From Oscillospiraceae bacterium (GTDB taxonomy: Bacteria; Bacillota; Clostridia; Oscillospirales; Oscillospiraceae), in NCBI GenBank assembly GCA_015067585.1, contig SVMC01000001.1, forward strand, positions 33,876 to 97,875: a DNA stretch of 64,000 nucleotides. Direction: 5' to 3'. Below the pieces are notes generated by a model. It saw nothing but the letters and a program-made list of their open reading frames with translations, did not search any database and was not told the origin of the DNA. The translations under genes were made by a program, and so were the position numbers. Positions within the stretch are counted from its first letter, which is position 1. Each line of letters begins with the position of its first letter. Below, one piece after another: positions 47,410 through 56,881 of this stretch.

Positions 47410-47682
47410 TTAGTCATCGTACCGCGCTCCCAGTTCGGCGAAAACATCTTCCGCATCGAGATAGCCCTGCTCTTCACCGGAGCGGCGGCCCCGTTCCAGC
47501 TCCGTCAGCAGCTTCTGGCGGGCAAGCAGCTCTTCATAGCGGCGGTACTCTTCCATATCCAGCACAGCATATCTGCCATGCCCGTTCTTCGTCAAAAACA
47601 CAGGCTGACCCACGGCAACATCCCGCAGTACCTCACCGTAGTTGCGAAGATCCGAAACAGGCTTGATGTTTGGCATGATCAA
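47410..47682 (-). CDS. Phd/YefM-family type II antitoxin (no cognate toxin ORF downstream)
   Basis: 90 aa. Carries I.P.SDLRN....L......PV.LTKNG.....VL..EEY. Confidence 0.75.
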   Translation of the reverse strand: MIMPNIKPVSDLRNYGEVLRDVAVGQPVFLTKNGHGRYAVLDMEEYRRYEELLARQKLLTELERGRRSGEEQGYLDAEDVFAELGARYDD

Positions 47683-47772
47683 CGCCTCCCTTCCAACTAC
47701 AGTATACGCATATTCTTCGAAAAAATTAACGACAAATTTTACGAAAAATGCTGCAAGATACCGTTTGATCTG

Positions 47773-48990
47773 TCACTCTGCCTTGCTGTTCAGAAGAATT
47801 TGCGCAAGCTGGGCGCGGGAGGTGGTGCCTTGGGGATCGAGGAGATTGCCGGGTTTGCCCTGGATGAGGCCGGTGCGGACGGCCCAGGCGAAGGCTTCCT
47901 CCGCCCAGGGACTGATCTGATCCGCGTCGGAGAAACCGGCCAGAACATCAAGACTTGCCTTGGGACTGCCCTCGGCGCGCCAGAACATGGTCACAAGCTG
48001 CTCCCGGGTCACGGGATCGTTGGGGCCGAAGAGCTTGTGGCCGCTGCTGTCGCCATAACCTTTAATGATTCCATATCCAGCACCCCAAATCGCCGCATCA
48101 TGATACCATCCCTGTTCAAGATCGAAGAAGACCTGCATTGGCGGCCAATCAGCAATCGACGGAGAACCCGCCATACGGTACAGCACCGTGATGGCCATGG
48201 CCCGGGAAACATCCTCCTGCGGGGCAAAGCGGTCATCCGCAACGCCCTTCATCAAGCCGCGCTCAAAAGAATAGCGGACGCTGTTATGGAACCAGTCTTC
48301 TTCCGTCACATCCGCAAAGGGGTTGTTCCAGCGGTATTCGGACAGGGTAACGGCCTCAAAGCGGAACAGATCAAAATACGCCTCATCCCATAAGGCACCA
48401 TACAGGTTGCCGACACCCTGAAGCATTACCGTATAATCCATCCACTCAAAATACGCGGTGGGCGCAAACTGCTCCGGTTCATTGGTTTCCTTGTTCAGAT
48501 ACGCTCCACCATTGCAATAGTATACCGGTGTTTCTGTACCATTTAAGCTTACGGATGCAATCGCATACTGCACCTGCTCATATTCAAGGGACAACTCCCG
48601 GTTGATCTCTGCCATTTTTTCATCCAATGACGGCTTGGGATCGTCCTCTGCACCGGGCAGCTCGATGTAGACCAGGAATTTATCGCCGCCGTTTTGGAAG
48701 ATGTACTGCACATTGTCTTCTCCGATGGGCACCAGAATTTCCTGGAGGGAATACCCTTCGGAAGTCGGCTGCACCACCGGGATCTGATCGGATTCCCGCA
48801 CCACTCCAAGGAAGGGCCACCAGCTTCCCCAAACTTCGGGGAATTCTGTGTCCGCCGTCTGGCTCCAATAGATCAATTCATCCGCACTATGGGCGAAATA
48901 ATAGATTGGCGGCGCTACCGCCAGCGCAGGAACAGCGCCTGCGATCAGCAGACTCAGCACCAAGCACAAAGAAATCAATTTCTTTAACAT
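47773..48990 (-). CDS. Secreted SLH-domain protein (unknown N-terminal domain plus 3 SLH repeats)
   Basis: GGAGG RBS plus the ATG at 48990. Signal peptide ending ALA. SLH blocks run from FADVTEEDWF onward. Confidence 0.85.
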   Translation of the reverse strand: MLKKLISLCLVLSLLIAGAVPALAVAPPIYYFAHSADELIYWSQTADTEFPEVWGSWWPFLGVVRESDQIPVVQPTSEGYSLQEILVPIGEDNVQYIFQNGGDKFLVYIELPGAEDDPKPSLDEKMAEINRELSLEYEQVQYAIASVSLNGTETPVYYCNGGAYLNKETNEPEQFAPTAYFEWMDYTVMLQGVGNLYGALWDEAYFDLFRFEAVTLSEYRWNNPFADVTEEDWFHNSVRYSFERGLMKGVADDRFAPQEDVSRAMAITVLYRMAGSPSIADWPPMQVFFDLEQGWYHDAAIWGAGYGIIKGYGDSSGHKLFGPNDPVTREQLVTMFWRAEGSPKASLDVLAGFSDADQISPWAEEAFAWAVRTGLIQGKPGNLLDPQGTTSRAQLAQILLNSKAE

Positions 48991-49264
48991 GACAAACCTC
49001 CCCATCACATGATAATTCCGGGACAGCGTCCCACTGCACATTGCTTCTACCTATATAACGATTTAGAAAGGCAAAATGTTGTATGCTGCAAAAATTTTTT
49101 CGAGCGGCTATACTTTAATAATACCACAGAAATAGAATTCGTCAATCATGTAGTATTCTACAAAATCGTTCTGTTATTTTGTAAAATTCACACAAGATGC
49201 GAATTTTAAGGCCGGGAAGCTGCACTTCCCGGCCTTTGCTTAAAACGATTTTATTGTAGATAGG

Positions 49265-49828
49265 TTAAACATTCTTCTCGATTTTGTCCAGAGTTTCCTG
49301 CAAGACCGCCTCCCGCAGTTCTTTCAGGTAGGGGTCATCCCGGCAGTCCTCCCAGCCGTAGGTTTTCTGCAGGTCGTACTCCAGGGGAAGCCATGTGCTG
49401 ATGGGGGATTCGTTGTGCTGGATGAGGGCCTCCAGACGGTCTAAGGCTTTGTAGAGCTTTGCCTCCGGGGTTTCTCTTGCCTCCATTTCATTGCAAAGGG
49501 CCGCCATGCGCTGGGAAAGGGAAGGGGGCAATGTGGCGATCCAGCCGCGGTAGGCTTCCGCTTCTTTTCGGCTGTCTTCTTCGGTTTTTTCAAACACCGG
49601 CTTGTCTCCGGTGAAGGCTTCGCCAAGATCGTGGATGAGGCACAGCTCGATGACCTTGCCCATGTCCACATGGGGGAATTCTTCCCGCAGGAGCATGGCC
49701 ATCAGCGCCAGCCGCCAGCTATGCTCCGCCACACTTTCCCGACGCCCGGTGGAGGTGTCGGCGTGGCGGGTATTGTTCTTCAATCTTTCGCAAAGATGCA
49801 GGATTTCAAGGAATCGTTCCGGTTTCAT
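49265..49828 (-). CDS. HD-domain phosphohydrolase (second YfbR-like paralog)
   Basis: Carries ESVAEHSWRLAL and LIHDLGEA.TGD. Confidence 0.8.
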   Translation of the reverse strand: MKPERFLEILHLCERLKNNTRHADTSTGRRESVAEHSWRLALMAMLLREEFPHVDMGKVIELCLIHDLGEAFTGDKPVFEKTEEDSRKEAEAYRGWIATLPPSLSQRMAALCNEMEARETPEAKLYKALDRLEALIQHNESPISTWLPLEYDLQKTYGWEDCRDDPYLKELREAVLQETLDKIEKNV

Positions 49829-49836
49829 GGCATACC

Positions 49837-50778
49837 TCAGAATAAAAGCATCATGATCAGGGGCACTGCGGGTACACTCAGCACCGTGGACAGGAACACC
49901 CCGGAGGAGGCCACATCCACAGGCCCGTCAAACTTTGCGCAGAACAGGCTGGAGGTGGCGGCAACGGGCATGGCTGCCATGATGACGCAGATGCCAAGGA
50001 TCAGCCGGTTGGTCACAAAGGGAGAGAGCAGACCGTAGGCCGCCAGAGGCAGCAGAAGCTGCTTTCCCAAGGAAAGCACATACAGCCGCCAGTTGGAGAA
50101 TACTTTGCGGAATGGCACCATGGCAAGGCTGACCCCGGTGACCAGCATACAAAGGGGACTGGTGATGCCGTTCACCATGCCCAGCACCTCCGTCAGGAGC
50201 TTGCCTGCCGCCGTGGCGGTGATGGCCTCCCGCAGGGAGAAGAGATAAATGGCATAGGAGATCAAGCAGGAGAGGATCACCGGCTGCAGCAGGGTTCGCA
50301 GGGGCGATCTGCCGTCCCGGGGGTCTTTGGAAATCTGTCGGATGCCGTAGGTATAGGCAAAAAACTGGAAAAACAGGTTGAAAATTGCGGCATAGAACAC
50401 CGCTCCCTGCCCGAACACCGCCCGCACCACGGGAAATCCCATGAAGCCGATGTTGGAAAACACGGTCATGAAGCGGTAGATGCCCACATGATCCGCAGGC
50501 ACCCGCAGTAATTTCGGCACAAAATGGGCTAGGCCCATCAGCACCAGATAGAAAGCCAATGCGATGCCCGTCAGGAGCAGCAGCTCTGAAATCTTCAGAG
50601 AAGCCTCGCCGCTGAGGACACTGTAAAGAATGGTGCAGGGATTTGTGATGTACAAAACAAGGTTTGCCAGATGGCGATTGGATTCTGCCGTCAGAATCCG
50701 GGCCTTCGCCGCGGCAAAACCGATGGCGATGATGGAAAACAGCACCATCATCTGGGAAAAGATCTGTGAGGTATCCAA
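49837..50778 (-). CDS. AEC-family (auxin efflux carrier) transporter
   Basis: 313 aa and polytopic. TTG start behind an AGGAGG RBS. Confidence 0.8.
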   Translation of the reverse strand: MDTSQIFSQMMVLFSIIAIGFAAAKARILTAESNRHLANLVLYITNPCTILYSVLSGEASLKISELLLLTGIALAFYLVLMGLAHFVPKLLRVPADHVGIYRFMTVFSNIGFMGFPVVRAVFGQGAVFYAAIFNLFFQFFAYTYGIRQISKDPRDGRSPLRTLLQPVILSCLISYAIYLFSLREAITATAAGKLLTEVLGMVNGITSPLCMLVTGVSLAMVPFRKVFSNWRLYVLSLGKQLLLPLAAYGLLSPFVTNRLILGICVIMAAMPVAATSSLFCAKFDGPVDVASSGVFLSTVLSVPAVPLIMMLLF

Positions 50779-50807
50779 GGTTTCCTCCTGTGTTGCTTCA
50801 GCGATCC

Positions 50808-50836
50808 GTCAATCGGGGGACGGTTCCCCGATTGAC
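50808..50836. repeat. REP-like palindromic unit (gtcaatcgggggacggttccccgattgac)
   Basis: Lies between the stop at 50852 and the TTG start at 50778 of co-directional genes. Confidence 0.9.
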
Positions 50837-50851
50837 TCGTTTATACGGATT

Positions 50852-51307
50852 TTATTCCTCCACCAGAGGAGGAAGGGTTTCGATTTCTTCGGGGGTCAGG
50901 CCGGTGACGGTTTGGTATTGTTCGATGGTCTGCTGGGCGGTGGCGATGGCATCCTTCATGGAGTCATTCAGGGCATTGGCCTGATCCAGCTCGCTTTGCG
51001 TCTCCTGCATGGCAGTCTCCAGAGAGTTGATGCGGGAGGTCTGGGCTGCCATGCGGTCGCTTTGCTGCTGCATGATATACCACTGCCCCGCAAGCAGGAT
51101 CGTGGCGGCAATGGTCAGCACCATGAAAAGAGCGAGACAGCGCCGAATCCGCGTGTGCTTTTTGCGGAGTTTTTTGAGCTGCTCCTTCTGCACCTCTTCC
51201 TGCAGCGGCTCGATCTTTGCCTGCACCGGCTTATCCTTCTCCGCAAGGCACTCGGGGCACAATAAGATCTGATCCGGCACCGTTCTGCCGCATCTGAGAC
51301 AATTCAT
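50852..51307 (-). CDS. Zinc-ribbon / single-TM / coiled-coil hypothetical protein
   Basis: MNCLRCG......LCPEC, then a K/R-rich stretch, a TM segment and a Q/E-rich helix. Confidence 0.65.
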   Translation of the reverse strand: MNCLRCGRTVPDQILLCPECLAEKDKPVQAKIEPLQEEVQKEQLKKLRKKHTRIRRCLALFMVLTIAATILLAGQWYIMQQQSDRMAAQTSRINSLETAMQETQSELDQANALNDSMKDAIATAQQTIEQYQTVTGLTPEEIETLPPLVEE

Positions 51308-51310
51308 CCG

Positions 51311-51961
51311 TCATTCCTCCTCGTTCAGAAGCTTCATCAGTGCCTCAGCATCCGGCGCGATCTTTTCCGCACCGGCATGGCGCAAAGTCTCCTCCGATCG
51401 GAAGCCCCAGCTCACGCAGATGCAGGGAAGCTCCGCGTTTTTTGCTGTGGCGATGTCCACCTCACTGTCGCCAATATACACCGCGTCTGTGGTGCCCAGC
51501 AGCTCCATGGCCTGCAGCACGGAATCCGGGGCGGGCTTTCGCCGCACGCCCTCCCGCTCACCGATGGCCACATCGATGAGGTCACCAAAATGGAGCAGGC
51601 ACAGAGATTTTACTGCACTGTCCAGCTTATTGGAAACCACCGCCATTTTGATCCCCTGATGCTTTAACTGCAGCAGGGCGGGGATGACCCCCGGGTAGGG
51701 CGAGGTGGTATCGTTGCTGTGGAGGGCATAGTGGGCACGGAAATCGGCAAACAGCCGGTCAAACTCCACATCTTCCCGGCCCTCCGGCATGGCACGGCGC
51801 ATGAGATTCTCCACACCGTTGCCCACAAAGCGGCGCACCTCGTCTATACTGCGGGTGGGGCAGCCGTTTTTCGTTAGTGCCGCGTTCACACTGGCGGCAA
51901 GATCTCCGAGGGTATCCAAAAGGGTACCGTCCAGATCCCAGATGATGGCGTTGTATTTCAT
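51311..51961 (-). CDS. HAD-superfamily hydrolase (phosphoglycolate phosphatase-like)
   Basis: DLDGTLLDT motif I and the GDS..D motif. Confidence 0.85.
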   Translation of the reverse strand: MKYNAIIWDLDGTLLDTLGDLAASVNAALTKNGCPTRSIDEVRRFVGNGVENLMRRAMPEGREDVEFDRLFADFRAHYALHSNDTTSPYPGVIPALLQLKHQGIKMAVVSNKLDSAVKSLCLLHFGDLIDVAIGEREGVRRKPAPDSVLQAMELLGTTDAVYIGDSEVDIATAKNAELPCICVSWGFRSEETLRHAGAEKIAPDAEALMKLLNEEE

Positions 51962-51964
51962 GCT

Positions 51965-53146
51965 TTACCCCTTCTGCCGCCGTGCCAGCAGCTCCCGCTC
52001 CAGCTCGTCAGGGCTGAGGCCGTCGCTGCGGAGCATCTGCCGCATGACTTCAATATCCGCGGAGATATCCAGCACATCGGTGTGGAACAGCTTATCCAGC
52101 TGCCGCTCATAGCTCTCAATGAGCTGATCCAGCATCCCGCCGATCTCAAGCTTTGCCTTGCGGATGTTCTCCGTCTCCACCCCTTGTGCCTCCAAATGGG
52201 CATAGGTCTCTAAAATTTTCAAGGTCTGGGGCAGATAATAGTCCATAAAGGTGCGCAGCTCACCCTCCCGCTCCGGGTGCTTCTCTAAATAGCGGAAGAT
52301 CTCTCCCGTCAGCAGGCGAATGCGGTCGATCTTCTCGGAAATGACAGGGTCATCGATCAGGTCATTATCTGCCTGAATGCGCTGCAGGATCTGCTCTGCA
52401 CGGCTTTCCGGCTGCTTGGGCGCTTCCGGTGCCTTCTCCGGTGCAGGGGTGGGAATGAAGTCCGTGAACATCAGCCTGCCATGCTTGCGGTCTACCCATG
52501 CCCGGTCCCATACCTCCAATTCCACCATCTTCTGCAGGTCAGCCAGCACCTGACGGTAGGGCCTTCCGGTTCGGTCAGCAAGCTCATGGATGGAGAAATA
52601 CAGCCCATTGGGGGTGATGATGTCCGCATATTCCAAAAGCCGCTTGGACTGGCGGCTGCGCAGCCAGCCATACACCGTCAGATAAATGCCCACTGCGAAA
52701 AGCCCCATAGGGAAGAAGCAATCCCGCAGGAAATCCGCAATTCCCATCACATAGGGCAGCTTATCCGCAAGGGAGATCAGACCAATGCCGCCGAGGATCA
52801 AGCCAAGCGTAAACATTCCCTTGCCAAAGCGCAGCTTTGCCGGCTTTTTCTTCTTTTTGTGGGGCTTCGGCGGCTGCTGCACCGGGACGGCCCACTGGGC
52901 GGCCCGTGCTTTCGTCTGTTCGGTCTGTTTGCGGAGTTTTTCCACCAGATCCTGGTTCTGAACCTCCTGCCAGGGCTCCTGTTTTCCGGAGGGCTGTCCC
53001 ATACCAATGGCGGGGAGCATCTCCTTCCCTTTCAAAATGGCCAGCACCAGACCAGCGGGCCACGCGATCAGAAACGCGCCCACAATGATGAAGGTCCAGA
53101 TGGTGTCAGAGCGGTCCTTGCGCTTTTTGTATTCCCGGTAGTCCAT
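51965..53146 (-). CDS. XpaC-like (5-bromo-4-chloroindolyl phosphate hydrolysis family) membrane protein
   Basis: TM segments followed by a C-terminal helical region F.DYYLP.TLK.LE.YA.LE. Confidence 0.6.
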   Translation of the reverse strand: MDYREYKKRKDRSDTIWTFIIVGAFLIAWPAGLVLAILKGKEMLPAIGMGQPSGKQEPWQEVQNQDLVEKLRKQTEQTKARAAQWAVPVQQPPKPHKKKKKPAKLRFGKGMFTLGLILGGIGLISLADKLPYVMGIADFLRDCFFPMGLFAVGIYLTVYGWLRSRQSKRLLEYADIITPNGLYFSIHELADRTGRPYRQVLADLQKMVELEVWDRAWVDRKHGRLMFTDFIPTPAPEKAPEAPKQPESRAEQILQRIQADNDLIDDPVISEKIDRIRLLTGEIFRYLEKHPEREGELRTFMDYYLPQTLKILETYAHLEAQGVETENIRKAKLEIGGMLDQLIESYERQLDKLFHTDVLDISADIEVMRQMLRSDGLSPDELERELLARRQKG

Positions 53147-53160
53147 GGTGCAGCCTCCTT

Positions 53161-53706
53161 TCAGGGGATGATTTTCTTGGGCTTCAGATAGCGCTCCTCC
53201 TCAGAGAAGACGCATCCGCAGTATTTTTGCATATAAAAGCCAAGCGCCCGGGCTTTTTCCTGTCCCTCCCGGAAGTAGGGGCGAAAATCCCGATAGAGGA
53301 AGGAAACACCGTGGGCCATTGCTGCCCGCTCGGCGCATTGGCGCATCAGCTCATGGTTCTGATAGGGGGAGATGAAGAGGGAGGAGGTAAAGGAGTCGAA
53401 GCCTTTTTCCGCAGCCTCCGCCGCGGCGGTCTCAAAGCGCATGGTATAGCAGGTGACGCAGCGGCCGGGGATATCCTCCGCCACCGCCCGCACAAAGGGG
53501 CGAAGGCCATAGTCATTGCGCTCAATGAGGGACATACCGATGGTTTCGGCATACTCCCGCAGGCAGTTGCGGCGGCTGCGGTATTCTGTGAAGGGGTGGA
53601 TGTTGGGGTTGTACCAGTAGCCCACCGGCTCAATGCCTTCTGCCCGCAGGGTTTCGATGCACATATTCGAGCAGGGTGCGCAGCAGATATGCAAAAGGGT
53701 ATGCAT
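53161..53706 (-). CDS. queH: Epoxyqueuosine reductase QueH (DUF208)
   Basis: LLHICCAPCS, Y.YNPNIHP..EY, C..CY..R and Q.YCGC. The ATG at 53706 is preferred. Confidence 0.88.
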   Translation of the reverse strand: MHTLLHICCAPCSNMCIETLRAEGIEPVGYWYNPNIHPFTEYRSRRNCLREYAETIGMSLIERNDYGLRPFVRAVAEDIPGRCVTCYTMRFETAAAEAAEKGFDSFTSSLFISPYQNHELMRQCAERAAMAHGVSFLYRDFRPYFREGQEKARALGFYMQKYCGCVFSEEERYLKPKKIIP

Positions 53707-53789
53707 AGAAGCACCTCCTCCAAATCGTTTATAATATATTTTACCACACATTCCTCAGGGTTACAAGGGAGTTGCTCCACAATTGATAA

Positions 53790-53824
53790 GGAGCCGCGGC
53801 AAAGCAGAAACTTGCCGCGGCTCC
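53790..53824. terminator. Perfect 13-bp hairpin after ygfK (ggagccgcggcaa / ttgccgcggctcc)
   Basis: Read directly, 19 nt downstream of the ygfK stop. Confidence 0.7.
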
Positions 53825-53842
53825 TATGAAAAAGATTTCAGT

Positions 53843-56788
53843 TTATTCTGCCATCAGATAGGCATATTTGTCACGGATCGTCAGGATCAGAGCCTCGATG
53901 CCGGGGATCAGGTCGTTGGGCTTGGAAAGATCATACTTATTGACCCCGTCAAGGCGTACCAGCACCTGATTCTGATCGAGGAAGAGCACACCGGGATTCT
54001 TGGAATCCTGGAAACCTTCTCCATCCTGGAAGAGGGTGAATTTATCGTGGCAGGGTTCGGAATCATAGGGACAGAAGGGGGTGCAGTTGCCGCATTCGTT
54101 GCACATCCGGTCCACATGGAGGATCTGGCGGCTGCCGTCTGCCATGGTGATGACCACATTGGCACGGTTGGGGCAGACACTCACGCAGTTTTCGCACACA
54201 TGGCTGCACTGCAGGCAGCGCTCACCCTCACAGCCGCCCGCCATGGACAAAATGCCCTTCTTCGCCACGGCTTCATGGGCGGTGACGGCAGCAGCTTCGG
54301 GAATATCATAGACATAGGGTTCGCCAATGACGATTTCGGCAAATTTCGCCGCGTCCGCAATGCCCTCCACCACGGTGGCGGGGCCACGGCAGGCATCGCC
54401 TGCGGAATAAACCCCATCCAGATTGGTCTGGAAGGCAGGTCTGCCTCTGCGGTCCACTTTGATGCCATTGGAAGTCAGCAATTCTTCGTCCACCTGTTCG
54501 CCTACCGCGGAGATCACAAGGTCACAGGGGATGGTGAAGGTCTCACCGGTGCCCACAGGGCGTCTGCGACCGGAGGCATCCGGCTCGCCAAGGGTCATTT
54601 TTTCGCAGGTGAGAACACCCTCTGCCTGAGAGAGGGGAGCAGCCAACTCCACAAAGTTCACACCGTCTGCCAGTGCCAGCTCCAGCTCCTGAGGATCGGC
54701 GGGCATATATTTCTTCGTGCGGCGGTAGAGGATGGAGGCGGATTTCGCGCCGCCCCGGATGGCCACCCGGGCAGCATCCATGGCGGTGTTGCCCGCGCCG
54801 ACTACGACAACATGACCTTCCGCCTTGGCTGTTCCTGCCTTCATCTCCTTCATCCAGCCGATGACCCCCGCCACATTGCCGGGAATGTCCAGTTTTCCCG
54901 GCTTCCATGCGCCGGTGGCGATGAGGATATGGGTATAACCCATGGCCTTCAGTTCCTCCACCGAGGGGGCGGGTGCGCCGCAGCGCACTTCCACGCCATA
55001 GCGCTGCATCAGAGCGATATCCCGGTCGATGGCATCATGGGAGATACGGAATTCTGGGATGACATAGCGGACGATGCCGCCAAGCTGCGCTTCCCGCTCA
55101 AAGATGGTGGTCTCAATGCCGGCTCTTCCAAGGAAATAGCCTGCGGCAATGCCGGTGGGGCCGCCGCCGATGATGGCGGCCTTCTTGCCGGGTACCGGCT
55201 GGGGCTTGACGATGTCTGCCAGCACGGCGGCATAGCCATGCTCTGCTGCCAGCAGCTTGGTGTCCCGGATGCGGACGGATTCATCATAGAAGGTACGGGA
55301 GCAGCGAAGCTGGCAGCGATGGGCGCAGATGGTGCCGGTGATGAAGGGCAGCGCATTTCGCTCACAGATGAGCTTCAAAGCCGGAGCATACAGACCCTTG
55401 CGGCAAAGCTCCATGTACTCCGGGATATCCTGATCGATGGGACAGCCGCCACGGCAGGGTGCGATGCTGCAGTTCAGCAGAGGAACGGTTTCCCCATTCT
55501 TCCGGCTGGGCAGAGGCTTGATGGGTTTGACATGGTGGAAATCCTTACGGCAGGCCAAAGCCATATCGGCAATCGCCTCCGTATCCGTGCCGGAGAAGCG
55601 GACAAAGGGCAGCTTTTCCAGCGTTTCCGCCATCTGGGTCAGGCGGTTATAGCCGCCGGGTTTGAGAATGGTGGTTGCCACGGTGATGGGCCAGATGCCC
55701 GCCGCGAACAGGCCCTCGCAGTTGAAGGCATCCGCGCCGCCGGCATAGGACAGGCGCATTTTCCCGCCGAATTCACGGGAAATCCTGCGGCACATCTCAA
55801 TGGTCAGGGGGAAGAGGCTGCGGCCGGACATATACATCTCGTCCCCGGGCAGCTCGCCCCGAGTGGTGTCCACCGGGAAGGTGTTGGACAGCTTCAGGCC
55901 GAATTCCACCCCATGCTCCGCCGCCAAAGCCTGCAGCCGATGGAACATGGGAACGGCATCGGCATACTGCAGATCTTCCCTGAAGTGATGATCGTCAAAT
56001 ACGATGTAGTCATAGCCCATGGAGTCGAGGATGGAGCGGGCGGTCTCATAACCCAGAATGGTGGGATTGCACTTGACGAAGGTGTGCAAACCTTTTTCTT
56101 TAATCAGATAAGAGGCGATACGCTCGATCTCCTGTGGGGGACAGCCGTGGAGGGTGGACACGGTGACGGAGCGGGAGACCTTGGGACTGATGCTCCGGAT
56201 GAAGTCCTTTTCCTCCGGGAACAGCTCTTCCAGAACAGCTAAGCACTGGGGGAAGATTTCGGTCTTGGCGGCATCCTTCATGCCCTCAATATAAGTGTCG
56301 ATCTTTTCGCCCCGAATGCCCTCTAAGTCATAGCCTACGGATAGATTGATCACGAAGCCGTCGGGATCGCCGAAGCCGTAGACCTTGGCCAAGATCTTCA
56401 TGGCGCACCAGGCTTTGATGTATTCCTCCATGGCCTGGGGGACGGTCAGCTCCGTGGACCATTCCTGATTGTAGCCTTCGTCATCGGCTAAAATGCAGGG
56501 GCGGGGGATGCAGGCGGCCAGCTCTTCGCCGTCCATCTTCTGCACCGTCTTCACCTCGAAGAAGCGGGCACCCGCCACATAGGCGGCGATGATGTTCTGG
56601 GCAAGCTGGGAATTGGGTCCGGCTGCGGGGCCGATGGGTGTCTCGATGCGTTCCCCAAAAATAGGCAGCGTTTTGCCCTTGGCCGAATACTGGCTGTGGA
56701 TGCCAAAAATTTCGCCGGTGTTGGCATATTCACGGATCACCCACTGCATCAGCGGGCGGAATCCGATGGGATACATTTTTTCAGACAT
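53843..56788 (-). CDS. ygfK: YgfK-type putative selenate reductase/oxidoreductase subunit (DPD-like TIM barrel, FAD/NAD(P) domain, 4Fe-4S)
   Basis: 981 aa. The N-terminus resembles YgfK. Carries the dinucleotide motif IIGGGP.G and C-terminal CxxCxxCxxxCP ferredoxin motifs. Confidence 0.8.
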   Translation of the reverse strand: MSEKMYPIGFRPLMQWVIREYANTGEIFGIHSQYSAKGKTLPIFGERIETPIGPAAGPNSQLAQNIIAAYVAGARFFEVKTVQKMDGEELAACIPRPCILADDEGYNQEWSTELTVPQAMEEYIKAWCAMKILAKVYGFGDPDGFVINLSVGYDLEGIRGEKIDTYIEGMKDAAKTEIFPQCLAVLEELFPEEKDFIRSISPKVSRSVTVSTLHGCPPQEIERIASYLIKEKGLHTFVKCNPTILGYETARSILDSMGYDYIVFDDHHFREDLQYADAVPMFHRLQALAAEHGVEFGLKLSNTFPVDTTRGELPGDEMYMSGRSLFPLTIEMCRRISREFGGKMRLSYAGGADAFNCEGLFAAGIWPITVATTILKPGGYNRLTQMAETLEKLPFVRFSGTDTEAIADMALACRKDFHHVKPIKPLPSRKNGETVPLLNCSIAPCRGGCPIDQDIPEYMELCRKGLYAPALKLICERNALPFITGTICAHRCQLRCSRTFYDESVRIRDTKLLAAEHGYAAVLADIVKPQPVPGKKAAIIGGGPTGIAAGYFLGRAGIETTIFEREAQLGGIVRYVIPEFRISHDAIDRDIALMQRYGVEVRCGAPAPSVEELKAMGYTHILIATGAWKPGKLDIPGNVAGVIGWMKEMKAGTAKAEGHVVVVGAGNTAMDAARVAIRGGAKSASILYRRTKKYMPADPQELELALADGVNFVELAAPLSQAEGVLTCEKMTLGEPDASGRRRPVGTGETFTIPCDLVISAVGEQVDEELLTSNGIKVDRRGRPAFQTNLDGVYSAGDACRGPATVVEGIADAAKFAEIVIGEPYVYDIPEAAAVTAHEAVAKKGILSMAGGCEGERCLQCSHVCENCVSVCPNRANVVITMADGSRQILHVDRMCNECGNCTPFCPYDSEPCHDKFTLFQDGEGFQDSKNPGVLFLDQNQVLVRLDGVNKYDLSKPNDLIPGIEALILTIRDKYAYLMAE

Positions 56789-56813
56789 GATTCTTCCTCC
56801 TCAAGTTGTGGCG

Positions 56814-56873
56814 GTCAATCAGGGGACGGTTCCCTGATCGACTTGTCGATCGGGGAACCGTCCCCCGATTGAC
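56814..56873. repeat. REP-like inverted doublet between ssnA and ygfK
   Basis: gtcaatcaggggacggttccctgatcgac tt gtcgatcggggaaccgtcccccgattgac. Confidence 0.9.
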
Positions 56874-56881
56874 ATTCCCCC

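Noticed and set aside
53707-53842. A preQ1 riboswitch upstream of queH.
   Set aside because: The short leader shows only a promoter-like TTGTAA, 17-nt spacer, TAAAAT and an RBS. No preQ1-I/II/III-like hairpin with an A-rich tail was seen.
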